A stretch of DNA of 64,000 nt from contig JAZDMS010000035.1 of NCBI GenBank assembly GCA_043800705.1, positions 32,307-96,306 of the forward strand. The letters run 5' to 3'. Below the pieces are notes generated by a model. It had not been told where the DNA came from, did not search any database, and saw nothing but the letters and a program-made list of their open reading frames with translations. Each line of letters opens with the position of its first letter. Position 1 is the first letter of the stretch. Of this stretch, positions 47,627 to 57,279 are shown one piece after another. Origin of the DNA: Candidatus Altiarchaeota archaeon (GTDB taxonomy: Archaea > Altiarchaeota > Altiarchaeia > IMC4 > SCGC-AAA252-I15). A program made the position numbers and the translations under genes.

Positions 47627-50600
47627 TTAAATCCCTTTGTGCTCGTCCTCGTCGTTTTTCTTGGATCCGATCCTGAATCCCGCGTAGGCCGCTATAACGG
47701 CCAGAAGGAACAGTATCAAGAGGCCGAGGAGGCTGCCGATCTCAGGCAGGAACGATATGCTCCGGCCTATGAACCCTGGCTCTTCCAGGTCTCCCGAAGC
47801 GAACCCCAGGGTCATGTTGTCATTCTCATCTGACTGCCATTCCACTACCGGACAGATCGCGGAAGCCTCCTGTCTCACCTGCTCCGGAGATGGAATCAAC
47901 GTAGACGGCGTCGGACACAAGAGAACGGTCGTAGTCGTCGTCGAAGGCATGCGCAACGTCGTAGAAGGCGCAGGCTTCGCAGGATTCAGCGAGTAACCGC
48001 TGCCACCGCCTCCGCCGCCGTGACCGCCTTGGGTGGTCGTCGTGGCCGCGAGGGTAGTCGTCGTCGTGGTCGTATCAGTGGGCACGTAGCAGACGTCGAC
48101 CCTATATAGGAGCCCTGCCGGATTCGTCTCCGATGTGCTGCCGTTGAGCCCGAAGTTGACGACCGTGAACTCAATGCTGTTGGAGCCGTTGGCCAGCCCC
48201 GACAGGTTGAATGTCGCGGTCAGGTTGTAATTGTATTCTCCCGCCTTCTCGCCTACGAGGGCGGAGTTCAGGTAAATCGCGAACGCGTTGTCGGCTGCGA
48301 CTATCGCCCGGGCGGAGAGCACCTGCCCAGGGACGACAATATCCCGCTGGAAGGCGACAATCTCGTTAGCCCCGGGATTCTGGACATAGTGAGTCGTCCA
48401 AATCCACGACGCGCCCGGAATATTTGCACTCCAGAAGGGGGCAACATATGCACCCATCGAGGGGTTGAAATTAGCCAAAGTATTGTTGTCGCTAAAGACG
48501 GTCATGGACGACGCGGCGCAGGGCAGTGAGGGCAGTGTTGTCGTCGTGGTCGACGACGATGAGGTCGTGGTCGATGACGAGGTCGTCGCGGTCGTAAAGA
48601 CGTCGATGTAGATGGACTCGTTGATGCCGATCATGTTCTGGGTGTCATTGACGTAGGCCGAGATCTGGTAGAGCCCCAGAAGACCAGACGTGTCCCAAAT
48701 GAGCGAATTATCCCCCGGAACTGCAGGCCCCATGCTGTCAGGGGTGTCGTTGACGGTGAACCACCACAGGTCCAGGGGATAGGTCCCCTGCACGATAAAC
48801 GCGGAGATGTTCACGAAAGAGCCCTGCTGCGTGACTGACGCGCTGCTATGGAGGCCGGGAATCGACAGTCCGGCTGTCAGCGTCGTCGTGGTGCTAGTTG
48901 AGTTGATAATCGCGGTCGTGGTGCTATTGGAGGTGGTAATCGCGTTCGTGGTGCTATTGGAGGCGGTAATCGTGGTCGTGGTGCTATTCGTGGTGCTATT
49001 GGAGGTGGTCGTCGTAGTCGGCGTCCCGCACGATCCGACACAGAGGCCCGTCGCATCGGCGTACATTGCGGGTCCGCTGCAGCATGCTGCTGCTATCCCG
49101 TCGCAGCTTCTGTCATTCTGCGGGCCGGAGTAGAACTCGCCGGAGTCGTCTCCGCAGCACATCGTCGCGCCGCCTGGCGGGTACCCGATGCTTTCGCCCG
49201 ATCCGCCGACGTCCCAGAAGCCATGCCCGTCTCCACAGCAGCCTGTCGCATTGTTGCATGCGTAGCTCTCGCATTCCGACTGGCTCCAGTCGTCGTCTTC
49301 GAGCTCCTGGTCGCCCCTGTTGTCCCCGTTGTAGAGAGTCGTTGACGTCGTGGATGACGTCGTTGTCGTTGAAGACATGGACGTCGACGTCGTCGAAGAC
49401 GACGCGATCGTGGTTGAGGTCGTCACAGTAGAGCTCGTAGTAGACGACGTGGCCGTCGTTGTCGGGGCTGCCGCAGTGCAGGCCTCCAACAGGTACAATA
49501 GCCCAGCCGGGTTGCTGTATGCGTCGTCTCCTGGCACTCCGAAGTTTGTGACAGCGACGGCTAGGTTGTTGGCCCCGCTGTGGACTGTGCCGCCCAGGTC
49601 GAGGATGACCTCCTTAGAGTAGGTGTCGCCCACGGCGTCTTCGCCGACGATGTTCGAGTTTGAGTACGCCCTGAAGCTATTATCCGCTGCGATCGTCAGG
49701 AACGCCCACTGGACGTTGCCAGAGAGGTTGTAGGAGCGGCCGAACACCACGACTTCGTTGTTCTCCGGGTCTTGGGCCAGGTTGCTGTCCCAGATCCATG
49801 TGGCTCCGGGTATGTCCGCGGCCCAGGATGGATGGACGTATGTCGCCGCCGACGGCAGGAAGTTCGCGAGAGTGTCCTGGCCGCTTGTTATGACGGCCAT
49901 GTCCCCGTCGCACGTCGACGGTATCGTGATCGTCGTGGTCGTGGAAGTTGTGCTCACGGTGATCGTTGTCGTCGTGACGCAGACTCCGCCCTCGTCGATC
50001 TGGCCGTCGCAGTCGTCGTCGACGCTGTTGCATACCTCGGTCTCGGAGGGGTTGACGCTGGGGTTCGCGTCGTTGCAGTCGGATCCTGGAACCAGGTCGC
50101 AGCCGTCGGGTTTGCACTCGAAGCTGTCGCATGGTCCGGTCGGCGCGGCGTTCATGAATGTGTCGTTGTCCGCGTCGCAGAAGTATTCTATCTCCTCGCA
50201 GACGCCGCCTTCGTCGGTCTGGCCGTCGCAGTCGTCGTCGACTCCGTTGCAGACTTCAGCAGCGCCGGGGTGTATGCCCGGGCTGTTGTCATTGCAGTCT
50301 GATGAGCCGGTGACGTAGCCCTGCGGCTGTGCGCATGCCTGCACGCTGTTGAATGGGTTCCCGTAGCCGTCGGAGTCCGCGTCAATGTAGTGGGTCTGCG
50401 GTACGCATCCGAGCGGCTGGCAGAACCCCAGGGTGAGGCTGGAGTATCCGTCCCCGATCCTCGTGGATGACGAGTCAGGAGTCCCCAATGCGCGTGTCAC
50501 GTAGCCGTTGTTGTCGAGGTATGCTCCAAAGAGGCCTGTGCCGGTCCGTACCCCGCTGACCTTGTCAGAGTACATCTTGGTTCCGTTCGTCAGGAGCAGT

Positions 50601-51460
50601 TCGACCGCGTCTATGTTGCTGCCGACGCGGTTGTCGGTCATGTTGCCGTCCCTGAAGTGGTCTATCGTTATGTAGCTGCCGAGCGCGTTTACGGCGCCGT
50701 CGGGATTGCTGACGTACAGGTCATAGAATTCATGGGCTCCAGTGTAGAAGTCATAGTTGGACGGGCTTTCCTGTATGTCCTCTGAGAGTTTCAGGTCGGC
50801 CTTGATGAATTGGTAGGACGTGACTGAGCCGGTCTGCTCATAGATCACGACGGACTGCAGCCCCTCAAGCTGCATGATCGGGATCTGCTGCCAGGGGCAT
50901 GATCCGGTGCCGCCTGATTCCAGGTTGTCCTGGGGCGAGACGCAATCGAGGTCGTCCGGATAGTCTGCTCTGCCGTCCTGGTCGTTGTCGATCCCGTCGC
51001 TGCATTGCATTATCGGCAGCTGGGTCGTCGACGTGGTCGTGGTCGAACTGGTCGAGGTCGAGGTCGTCGACGTAGTCGAGGAAGAGGAGGACGTGGTTGA
51101 AGTAGTCGAGGTCGAACTGGTCGAGGTCGAACTGGTCGAGGTCGAACTGGTCGAGGTCGAAGGAATCGTCGTGGTTGTTGTAGTCGTGATGGTTGTGGTT
51201 GTTGTAGTCGTGATGGTTGTGGTTGTTGTAGTCGTGATGGTTGTGGTTGTCGTGGTCACGGGGCAATTAACGGATATGCCGGCTCCCGTGTAGGATGCGG
51301 GCTCCTGGGATGCGGAAAGCGGGGGCAGGAAAGAGATGAGAAGGAGTGACAGTATCAGGATGTTCAAGTCCGCTTTCGCAGACTTCCGGCTATAGTCGCT
51401 GTTTTTGCTCTTCAGCGCGTAATGTTTCGAAATTCCCGCTAGCCCAGATAGACCATCCAT
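47627..51460 (-). CDS. Large surface protein: Ca-binding Cys/Asp repeats, two duplicated lectin-like domains, Thr stalks, C-terminal TM
   Basis: CSDGIDND, DCND...PG..EVCN.VDDDCDG twice, IPGA.WIW...AADN...NPAGLLY twice. Start is uncertain. Confidence 0.85.
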   Translation of the reverse strand: MDGLSGLAGISKHYALKSKNSDYSRKSAKADLNILILSLLLISFLPPLSASQEPASYTGAGISVNCPVTTTTTTITTTTTTTITTTTTTTITTTTTTTIPSTSTSSTSTSSTSTSSTSTTSTTSSSSSTTSTTSTSTSSTTTTSTTQLPIMQCSDGIDNDQDGRADYPDDLDCVSPQDNLESGGTGSCPWQQIPIMQLEGLQSVVIYEQTGSVTSYQFIKADLKLSEDIQESPSNYDFYTGAHEFYDLYVSNPDGAVNALGSYITIDHFRDGNMTDNRVGSNIDAVELLLTNGTKMYSDKVSGVRTGTGLFGAYLDNNGYVTRALGTPDSSSTRIGDGYSSLTLGFCQPLGCVPQTHYIDADSDGYGNPFNSVQACAQPQGYVTGSSDCNDNSPGIHPGAAEVCNGVDDDCDGQTDEGGVCEEIEYFCDADNDTFMNAAPTGPCDSFECKPDGCDLVPGSDCNDANPSVNPSETEVCNSVDDDCDGQIDEGGVCVTTTTITVSTTSTTTTITIPSTCDGDMAVITSGQDTLANFLPSAATYVHPSWAADIPGATWIWDSNLAQDPENNEVVVFGRSYNLSGNVQWAFLTIAADNSFRAYSNSNIVGEDAVGDTYSKEVILDLGGTVHSGANNLAVAVTNFGVPGDDAYSNPAGLLYLLEACTAAAPTTTATSSTTSSTVTTSTTIASSSTTSTSMSSTTTTSSTTSTTLYNGDNRGDQELEDDDWSQSECESYACNNATGCCGDGHGFWDVGGSGESIGYPPGGATMCCGDDSGEFYSGPQNDRSCDGIAAACCSGPAMYADATGLCVGSCGTPTTTTTSNSTTNSTTTTITASNSTTNAITTSNSTTTAIINSTSTTTTLTAGLSIPGLHSSASVTQQGSFVNISAFIVQGTYPLDLWWFTVNDTPDSMGPAVPGDNSLIWDTSGLLGLYQISAYVNDTQNMIGINESIYIDVFTTATTSSSTTTSSSSTTTTTLPSLPCAASSMTVFSDNNTLANFNPSMGAYVAPFWSANIPGASWIWTTHYVQNPGANEIVAFQRDIVVPGQVLSARAIVAADNAFAIYLNSALVGEKAGEYNYNLTATFNLSGLANGSNSIEFTVVNFGLNGSTSETNPAGLLYRVDVCYVPTDTTTTTTTLAATTTTQGGHGGGGGGSGYSLNPAKPAPSTTLRMPSTTTTTVLLCPTPSTLIPSPEQVRQEASAICPVVEWQSDENDNMTLGFASGDLEEPGFIGRSISFLPEIGSLLGLLILFLLAVIAAYAGFRIGSKKNDEDEHKGI

Positions 51461-51675
51461 TACCCACCCACTATAAACAATGTTTAATATGAGGAGTAAC
51501 CCGTATATAAACATAGACATTGACCGGGAGAGGTTTTTTACCTGTTTGGAGCCTGAAATCCCATCTTTTATCCGCCCTTGCCGGGCCGATTTTACTTTCT
51601 TGATATTTGAGCACATAGATCTGCCGTTTTCGGGAATAGGCGATATTTAACATTTTAATCGTAATAGCCAGACAG

Positions 51676-52263
51676 ATGGATGAAATGACGTTTATCTTAT
51701 TCGCCGCTGTCGCCATGGTGGGGGTGGGTATCGGAATCTTCATAGTCTACAACATACTGAATAGGAAACCCATAGAGAACCTCCTAATGGAGATTTCGGG
51801 GGAGCTGAGGCTTAACTACTACATCGGCTCCGAAGGCAAACAGCCGTTCTCCACAGGCACATACAGCGGCCGCGGAGTCACGCTCGACCTATTGAACGAG
51901 AAGGGCTACGTGGACAGGTGGCATCCGCATTCCAGGATTGTGGTGTCGGTGGACAAGAGCGTCAAGGAGACCTACATCGTCGCAGTGAGGGGGAGGTTCT
52001 ACAGCCGCAAGCTCGCCGAGATAAACGTCGACAACAGGCGCTTCTCCGACAAGTACGTGTTCCTGTCGAGCTCCCCGGTCAAGGCCGAAAAGGTCCTGAG
52101 CCCGGAGGTCGCGGAGTGGATAGTCAACCTGGACATGCCGTTCATCCTGGTCGACGGCCACATAGAATTCCACCAAGACAGGCATTTCGACGACAAAAAG
52201 AGAATCAAGCACATAATAGACGCCATGATCTACATCGCCCACATGGCCGAGCGGGTCAAGTGA
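51676..52263 (+). CDS. Hypothetical protein, N-terminal TM
   Basis: TM followed by a globular domain; resembles 7862..8419. Confidence 0.75.
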   Translation: MDEMTFILFAAVAMVGVGIGIFIVYNILNRKPIENLLMEISGELRLNYYIGSEGKQPFSTGTYSGRGVTLDLLNEKGYVDRWHPHSRIVVSVDKSVKETYIVAVRGRFYSRKLAEINVDNRRFSDKYVFLSSSPVKAEKVLSPEVAEWIVNLDMPFILVDGHIEFHQDRHFDDKKRIKHIIDAMIYIAHMAERVK

Positions 52264-55200
52264 GCTTCCCCTGTATCTCTTCCCATACGGTGACGATCTT
52301 TGTGAGTTCGTATTCCTTCAGCTGCAATTCCCTGTCGACTATCATCTTCGCGGCCTTGCGTTTTCTTGATATCAGAAGTAGGCTTGCGATCTCCAGCGTG
52401 ACGTCGTGCTTCTGGGCTAGTTTGTCAGCGGCGTACTCGTCGGAGGCGGATATACTCACTGCGCAGAGGTGGTGTCTGAGTTCCGGGAGGTTCCTGAAGG
52501 TCGCAGGGGTAACTTGGAGGGGGGAGTATTTATCGATGAGCCCGGACACGTTGAGCCTGCGGACCGCCGCCTCTGTTGCGACGTATCCTCTCCGTCTCCT
52601 CCTCCAGGACCTGAATAGTGCTAGGGCTATGAGGAGGGGCACGAGTATGGACGACGTGGCCTGTATCGCAACGATGGGGGTCATCTCGGGGATCGCCGCC
52701 CAGCCGGTGGTTGCGGACATATACCCTGTCCTTCTGGCCTCTAAGGACCAGAATCCGACGATTGTGGAGTTGACCCTGCCGTGTCCGTTGATGTCCGTCA
52801 CGGACTTCACGACCGACCCGTTGGGGAGGCTCGATTCCAGGTAGGTCTGTATGCCGAGGCCGCGCTGGTCAACGACCGTGAAGGCGACGTCGGTCCCGAC
52901 GGTCACGTATGCGGGGATCCCGATTATGTATATCCTGGGCTGTTCGGTGTCGACGTATTCTCTCATCGAGCATGGCAGGCATGAGCCGCCGCAGTCTGTG
53001 CCTTCCTCGTCTTCGTCCTTCACGATGTTGAAGCAGTGGCTGCACGGGGGGCATATGCCGCCGCAGTCCTTCTCCAGCTCACCCTGGTCCTTCTGGTCGT
53101 TCGTGCACTGGGCGGATATGTTGATTGTCGGGGGAAGCGTGGGAGGCACGAGGCCGTCCAGCTGGCAGCAGCAGTACCGTCTCTGGCCGTTCTGCCTTTC
53201 GCAGTCCTTGTCGCCCCTGTCGTCGTGCACGAACATCCACCCGGAAGTCGCTTCCTGGCAGGTTTGGTTGTACGAGCACATGTCCGTCTGCGTGAAGTAG
53301 TTCGTCTGGCAGACGGAGCTGCAGGTCTTGTTCATCCACGGAGGCACCGTCGTCGTTGTGAACAGAGTCGTTGTCGACGTGGATGTCGTCGTGGTTAGGG
53401 AGCCGTTCAGTATGCAGAGGTCCGGTATGCCGCTCATGCTGAAGTCGGCTTTGGAGCAGTCCCATCCCTGGCCTTTGCTGTCGAAGTCGTTGCATATGTA
53501 GAATGTCTTCTTCGTCGATCTTCCGAGGCCGCCGTTTGCGTCGGTGGCCTCGCCCTCAAGGTAGTATACCCCGTTGGCCAGGCCGCCTGTCGAAATTGAG
53601 CCCTTGCAGGCTATGGTGTTGGCAGCGGTATTTCCGCCAGCGCTCTCTGTGCGGATGGCGGATTCGGATGCGTCCAATACCTTAATCGTGCAGGGGCCCG
53701 GGAAGGCGTTTGTCTGCCCGGTGATGAATGAGATGCCGAATCCGACGGGGTCTCCAGTCTTGGCGAATGCCCGGTCGGTAGTGAAGTTGAGCATGACAGG
53801 CGTGACGGATACGTTGACTGGCACGAGGTCCATGTAGGGGCCTAGGTTTCCGCTGCCGTCCTCCACTGCGACCGTCACCGGGAGCGTGAAGTCGTCCAAC
53901 GCGCTGAAGTAACGGTTTATGCAGTCGCCGCCCGTGACGTACATGTTTCCGCTGAAGTTGAAGTAGCATTGGCTGACCTCTGACGAGTTGGGTATCGCCC
54001 TGACGTCGAAGTGCCCGCCGTAGGGGACCCGCACACTGTCGCCGTATTGGGGCTCGATTTCCAGATGCGAAACGGTCGGACGCGACATCCCGTAGACGGC
54101 GGATGTGATTGGCAGTTCGGCAGTTTCGGGGTTGCCGTTCTGGAGGTTGGTGATTGTAAGGGGGAACGTGTTGGTCTGGGGCGCGGGCAGGTTGTCGCAG
54201 GTCAGCGTCGCGTCGAATGTCCGTAGGGGATTAGTCCTCGAGACGAGGGACGGCTTATGCTGGACCTGTCCGACGTCCTCTTGGGTCGCGGCCCATTTGA
54301 GGTAGGGGGACCCAGTCAGGGCGCATGATGTGGCGTTATAGGGGAATCTTGCGCCGGAGTCGGTCGCGTCCCCGACGGTGATGATGACCGCGTCATAGGT
54401 CCCGAGGCCTCGGAATCTCAGGACGTAGCTGTCGTTGACGTGCAGGCGCTGCAGGTGGGCGTACTGGACCGTGGTCGGGTCTATCGTGGTTAGGGGGGTC
54501 ATATACGGCACGTCATATTTCTGCGCGGAAGTCCATGACTTCGGGCTGCATCCCGAGCCTGTCAGCCCCCAGCAGTCGGCGTCTATGCAGTCCATTGCGC
54601 CGTCTCCGTCGTTGTCGAAGTTGTCGGTGCAGAGGGAGGCTGTAGACTCCTTCTGGGCGCACTGCGGGCCTTCTGGCCCCGGTCTGCCGAAGCAGCTTGG
54701 GTCCATGCAGTCTATGAGTTCTCCCCCGGTGTTGTCAAATCCGTCGCCGCATGAGCTCTGGCTGCTTTCGCATCGCTGGCTGCCTTCGAAGCTGCCGATC
54801 TCGCCGAGGCATGTTTGATCCTCGCAGTCCGTCTCTTCGTTTCCGTTGTCGTCATACCGGTTTGCGCAGCTGTTGTACCGGAAGTTCTCGAACATCGGGC
54901 ACTGGCCGCAGAGGCCGTCGACGTATTCGGTGCAGGTCTTGTTCTCGATGGTGATGTTGGGCAGGGGGCATGTGGAGGTCCCGAGGCAAATCTGCTCCTG
55001 GCAGTCCAGGAGGTCGTCCATGTCGTTGTCGAAGCAGTCGTCGCATGTCTCTTCAGATTCGTACTGGCAGTATGCCGCCTTTTTGTCGCAGTCTTTGCCT
55101 CCGACCTTTCCGTCGCATGTGCGGTCCGAGCAGTCGACCTTCCCGTTTGCGTCGTTGTCGAAGCAGTCGTCGCAGGTCAGCTCGTTCCCGTATTCGCAGT

Positions 55201-56527
55201 ATGCGGACCCTCCGAGGCAGTTGGATCCGCCGACTCTCCCGTCGCATCCGGGCTCCTGGCAGTCAGTAAGGTAGTTGAGGTCGTTGTCGAGGCTGTCGCT
55301 GCAGGGCTCCGTAATGGTCGGGGGCATCTCCAGGGTCTCGTCCCAGTTGGAAGGCGCATTGGAGCCCTTATAGTAGGGGAGGCTGTCGATCAGGAGATCC
55401 TGTCCCATGCTGACCATATACAGATTGAATGTGTTCCAGCCCGCCTGCGCATACGGTTGGACGTACATGACGAAGTCCATGTTGCCGCGGTAGCCGCTGG
55501 GATCCTCGAGGTTGTAGCTCGTCGGGGTGACGTATTCGTTGACGGGCCTGTGCGCCTGCGGCCCGGCGTATGTGCCGTGGCTTTCAAACCCTTCCATGCC
55601 GGTCATCGCGAACGAAAGGGGCTTGCTCGTTGAGAATATCCCGCCCCGTATCCGGACTTTCAGGACGCCGTCCGGGTTCATGTACCGGGTGTAGTAGTAT
55701 GTGATGTCGTGGCCTCCGAGCCTCTTCGTCTCCCAGCAGAGGCCGTTTCTGCAGGTCCCGTAGAAGGGGTCGCCCGCGTACCTGTGCGCAAGGCAGCTGT
55801 AGGGGATGCCCTGGCAGTATATGTCGGAGCAGTCTATGTCGCCGTTTTCGTCGTTGTCCTGTCCGTCGTTGCATTCCCCCTCGATCCCCATCCCCCGGCT
55901 CATGGCGACCGAGAACGCGACGTCTCCGGAGTAGTCGCAGTACAGTGTGTTGTTGAAATATCTCTTGGGAATGCCGATGAAGCACTGGGACGCCCTGTAT
56001 GCGTCGTCGTCGAAGGTGTCGAATCGGGTCCATGTGTTTCCGTGGACGTAGATCATCTTGGAAAGCGGGCTCCCATATGTCGAGTTGGAGGTGAATTTGA
56101 GGCGGCTTAAAGAGTCGTATTGGCTGCAGTTTATGACCTGCCAGGGGGTCAGTTTGCTGATCGGGTCCGAGCCTTGCAGGGTGTATGAGAGGATTTGGGC
56201 GACGGGGACGGGGTCGGAGGTGGTCTTCGAGATCGTCTTCAGGTTGCCGTCCGATGTCAAGAGAACGCATTCGAGGCGGCTGTCCTGGGTCGACGTATAG
56301 TTAAGGAACGTAATGTTGAAGGTGAACAGGTGCGTTCCCGGAAGGCCGCTCGCGATGGGCTCATAGACGCCTTCAGGGTAGGCTATCCCGTTCCAGGAGA
56401 CCAAGGGGACGACGACCGAGACGTTGACGTTGCTCTGGGCGCCCACGGACGCGGCCAGGAGGAGAATAGCTGCGAAAACGAGAAAACAGACGTGTGAGGT
56501 CGGCTTGGCGGGTCGCATCATTAACAT
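52256..56527 (-). CDS. Giant Cys-rich surface protein with C.D..DND.D...DC repeats, TM and cytoplasmic tail
   Basis: At least 7 CxDxxDND-type repeats, DCGG.C.PC modules, TM then RRRRR and a ~105-aa tail. Confidence 0.88.
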   Translation of the reverse strand: MLMMRPAKPTSHVCFLVFAAILLLAASVGAQSNVNVSVVVPLVSWNGIAYPEGVYEPIASGLPGTHLFTFNITFLNYTSTQDSRLECVLLTSDGNLKTISKTTSDPVPVAQILSYTLQGSDPISKLTPWQVINCSQYDSLSRLKFTSNSTYGSPLSKMIYVHGNTWTRFDTFDDDAYRASQCFIGIPKRYFNNTLYCDYSGDVAFSVAMSRGMGIEGECNDGQDNDENGDIDCSDIYCQGIPYSCLAHRYAGDPFYGTCRNGLCWETKRLGGHDITYYYTRYMNPDGVLKVRIRGGIFSTSKPLSFAMTGMEGFESHGTYAGPQAHRPVNEYVTPTSYNLEDPSGYRGNMDFVMYVQPYAQAGWNTFNLYMVSMGQDLLIDSLPYYKGSNAPSNWDETLEMPPTITEPCSDSLDNDLNYLTDCQEPGCDGRVGGSNCLGGSAYCEYGNELTCDDCFDNDANGKVDCSDRTCDGKVGGKDCDKKAAYCQYESEETCDDCFDNDMDDLLDCQEQICLGTSTCPLPNITIENKTCTEYVDGLCGQCPMFENFRYNSCANRYDDNGNEETDCEDQTCLGEIGSFEGSQRCESSQSSCGDGFDNTGGELIDCMDPSCFGRPGPEGPQCAQKESTASLCTDNFDNDGDGAMDCIDADCWGLTGSGCSPKSWTSAQKYDVPYMTPLTTIDPTTVQYAHLQRLHVNDSYVLRFRGLGTYDAVIITVGDATDSGARFPYNATSCALTGSPYLKWAATQEDVGQVQHKPSLVSRTNPLRTFDATLTCDNLPAPQTNTFPLTITNLQNGNPETAELPITSAVYGMSRPTVSHLEIEPQYGDSVRVPYGGHFDVRAIPNSSEVSQCYFNFSGNMYVTGGDCINRYFSALDDFTLPVTVAVEDGSGNLGPYMDLVPVNVSVTPVMLNFTTDRAFAKTGDPVGFGISFITGQTNAFPGPCTIKVLDASESAIRTESAGGNTAANTIACKGSISTGGLANGVYYLEGEATDANGGLGRSTKKTFYICNDFDSKGQGWDCSKADFSMSGIPDLCILNGSLTTTTSTSTTTLFTTTTVPPWMNKTCSSVCQTNYFTQTDMCSYNQTCQEATSGWMFVHDDRGDKDCERQNGQRRYCCCQLDGLVPPTLPPTINISAQCTNDQKDQGELEKDCGGICPPCSHCFNIVKDEDEEGTDCGGSCLPCSMREYVDTEQPRIYIIGIPAYVTVGTDVAFTVVDQRGLGIQTYLESSLPNGSVVKSVTDINGHGRVNSTIVGFWSLEARRTGYMSATTGWAAIPEMTPIVAIQATSSILVPLLIALALFRSWRRRRRGYVATEAAVRRLNVSGLIDKYSPLQVTPATFRNLPELRHHLCAVSISASDEYAADKLAQKHDVTLEIASLLLISRKRKAAKMIVDRELQLKEYELTKIVTVWEEIQGKLT

Positions 56528-56555
56528 TTAATAGAACACGGATAAATAGTAGGGT

Positions 56556-56648
56556 ATGAAAGCGGAGTCTAAGGCGCTCTTGTTCCTGGTTGCGGTCTTG
56601 CTGGTCCTGTCGGTCATAACCGTTGCAGCCTTTCTGAAGGCCATCTAG
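56556..56648 (+). CDS. 30-aa single-TM micro-protein
   Basis: MKAESKALLFLVAVLLVLSVITVAAFLKAI after an AT-rich promoter-like stretch. Confidence 0.5.
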   Translation: MKAESKALLFLVAVLLVLSVITVAAFLKAI

Positions 56649-56660
56649 GAGTCCGGCGAT

Positions 56661-56744
56661 TCAGCGAATCCTTGTCTTGGTCCGCCGGACGTGCTTCTTC
56701 TTCCGCCGTGCATCCCTGTAGCTCGTCTTGTGATATGTTGGCAT
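56661..56744 (-). CDS. 27-aa basic micro-protein
   Basis: MPTYHKTSYRDARRKKKHVRRTKTRIR; TATATA about 25 bp upstream. Confidence 0.5.
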   Translation of the reverse strand: MPTYHKTSYRDARRKKKHVRRTKTRIR

Positions 56745-56787
56745 ACATAGAGGATTATGCCGGAGAGTAATATATATTACGCGGAGG

Positions 56788-57279
56788 TCACATCATCTTC
56801 AGCGCCTTTTCGACCGCCCGGCCGGCCTTGGATTTGACGATTTTCCCGATGTTCGGATCATCGGGGAAGGCCTCCTTTATCCGGTCTGCAACCCCTCCGG
56901 ACCCCTCCACGACCACCACGGGGCGGTCGTAGTTTAAGGCCATCCCTATCTCGGAAAGTGTCCCGGTCGAGCCGTTGATAGCTATGACCGCGTCCGCAGA
57001 GGACACGACAAGGCTGTTCCTCGCATACCCCATCCCGGTCGTTATGCCTATATCGACGTATTTGTTCGCGTCATGGCCGTCCAGTGAGGGCAGTATCCCG
57101 ACCGTCCTGCCGCCCGCCTTCCTCGCCCCCCTGCATGCGGCCTCCATGATGCCGCTTCTTCCCCCGCAGATGAGTATGCAGTCGTGCCTTGCGATGTCCT
57201 CCCCTATCTGCTCCGCCATCTCCTCCACCTCCGGGGGGACCTCCCCGTCGTGGCCGATGACCGCTATCCTTTTTTTCAC
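56788..57279 (-). CDS. TIGR00725/LOG-like nucleotide-binding protein
   Basis: CGGRSGIMEAACRGA, TGMGYARN, GTLSEIGMA. Confidence 0.9.
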   Translation of the reverse strand: MKKRIAVIGHDGEVPPEVEEMAEQIGEDIARHDCILICGGRSGIMEAACRGARKAGGRTVGILPSLDGHDANKYVDIGITTGMGYARNSLVVSSADAVIAINGSTGTLSEIGMALNYDRPVVVVEGSGGVADRIKEAFPDDPNIGKIVKSKAGRAVEKALKMM

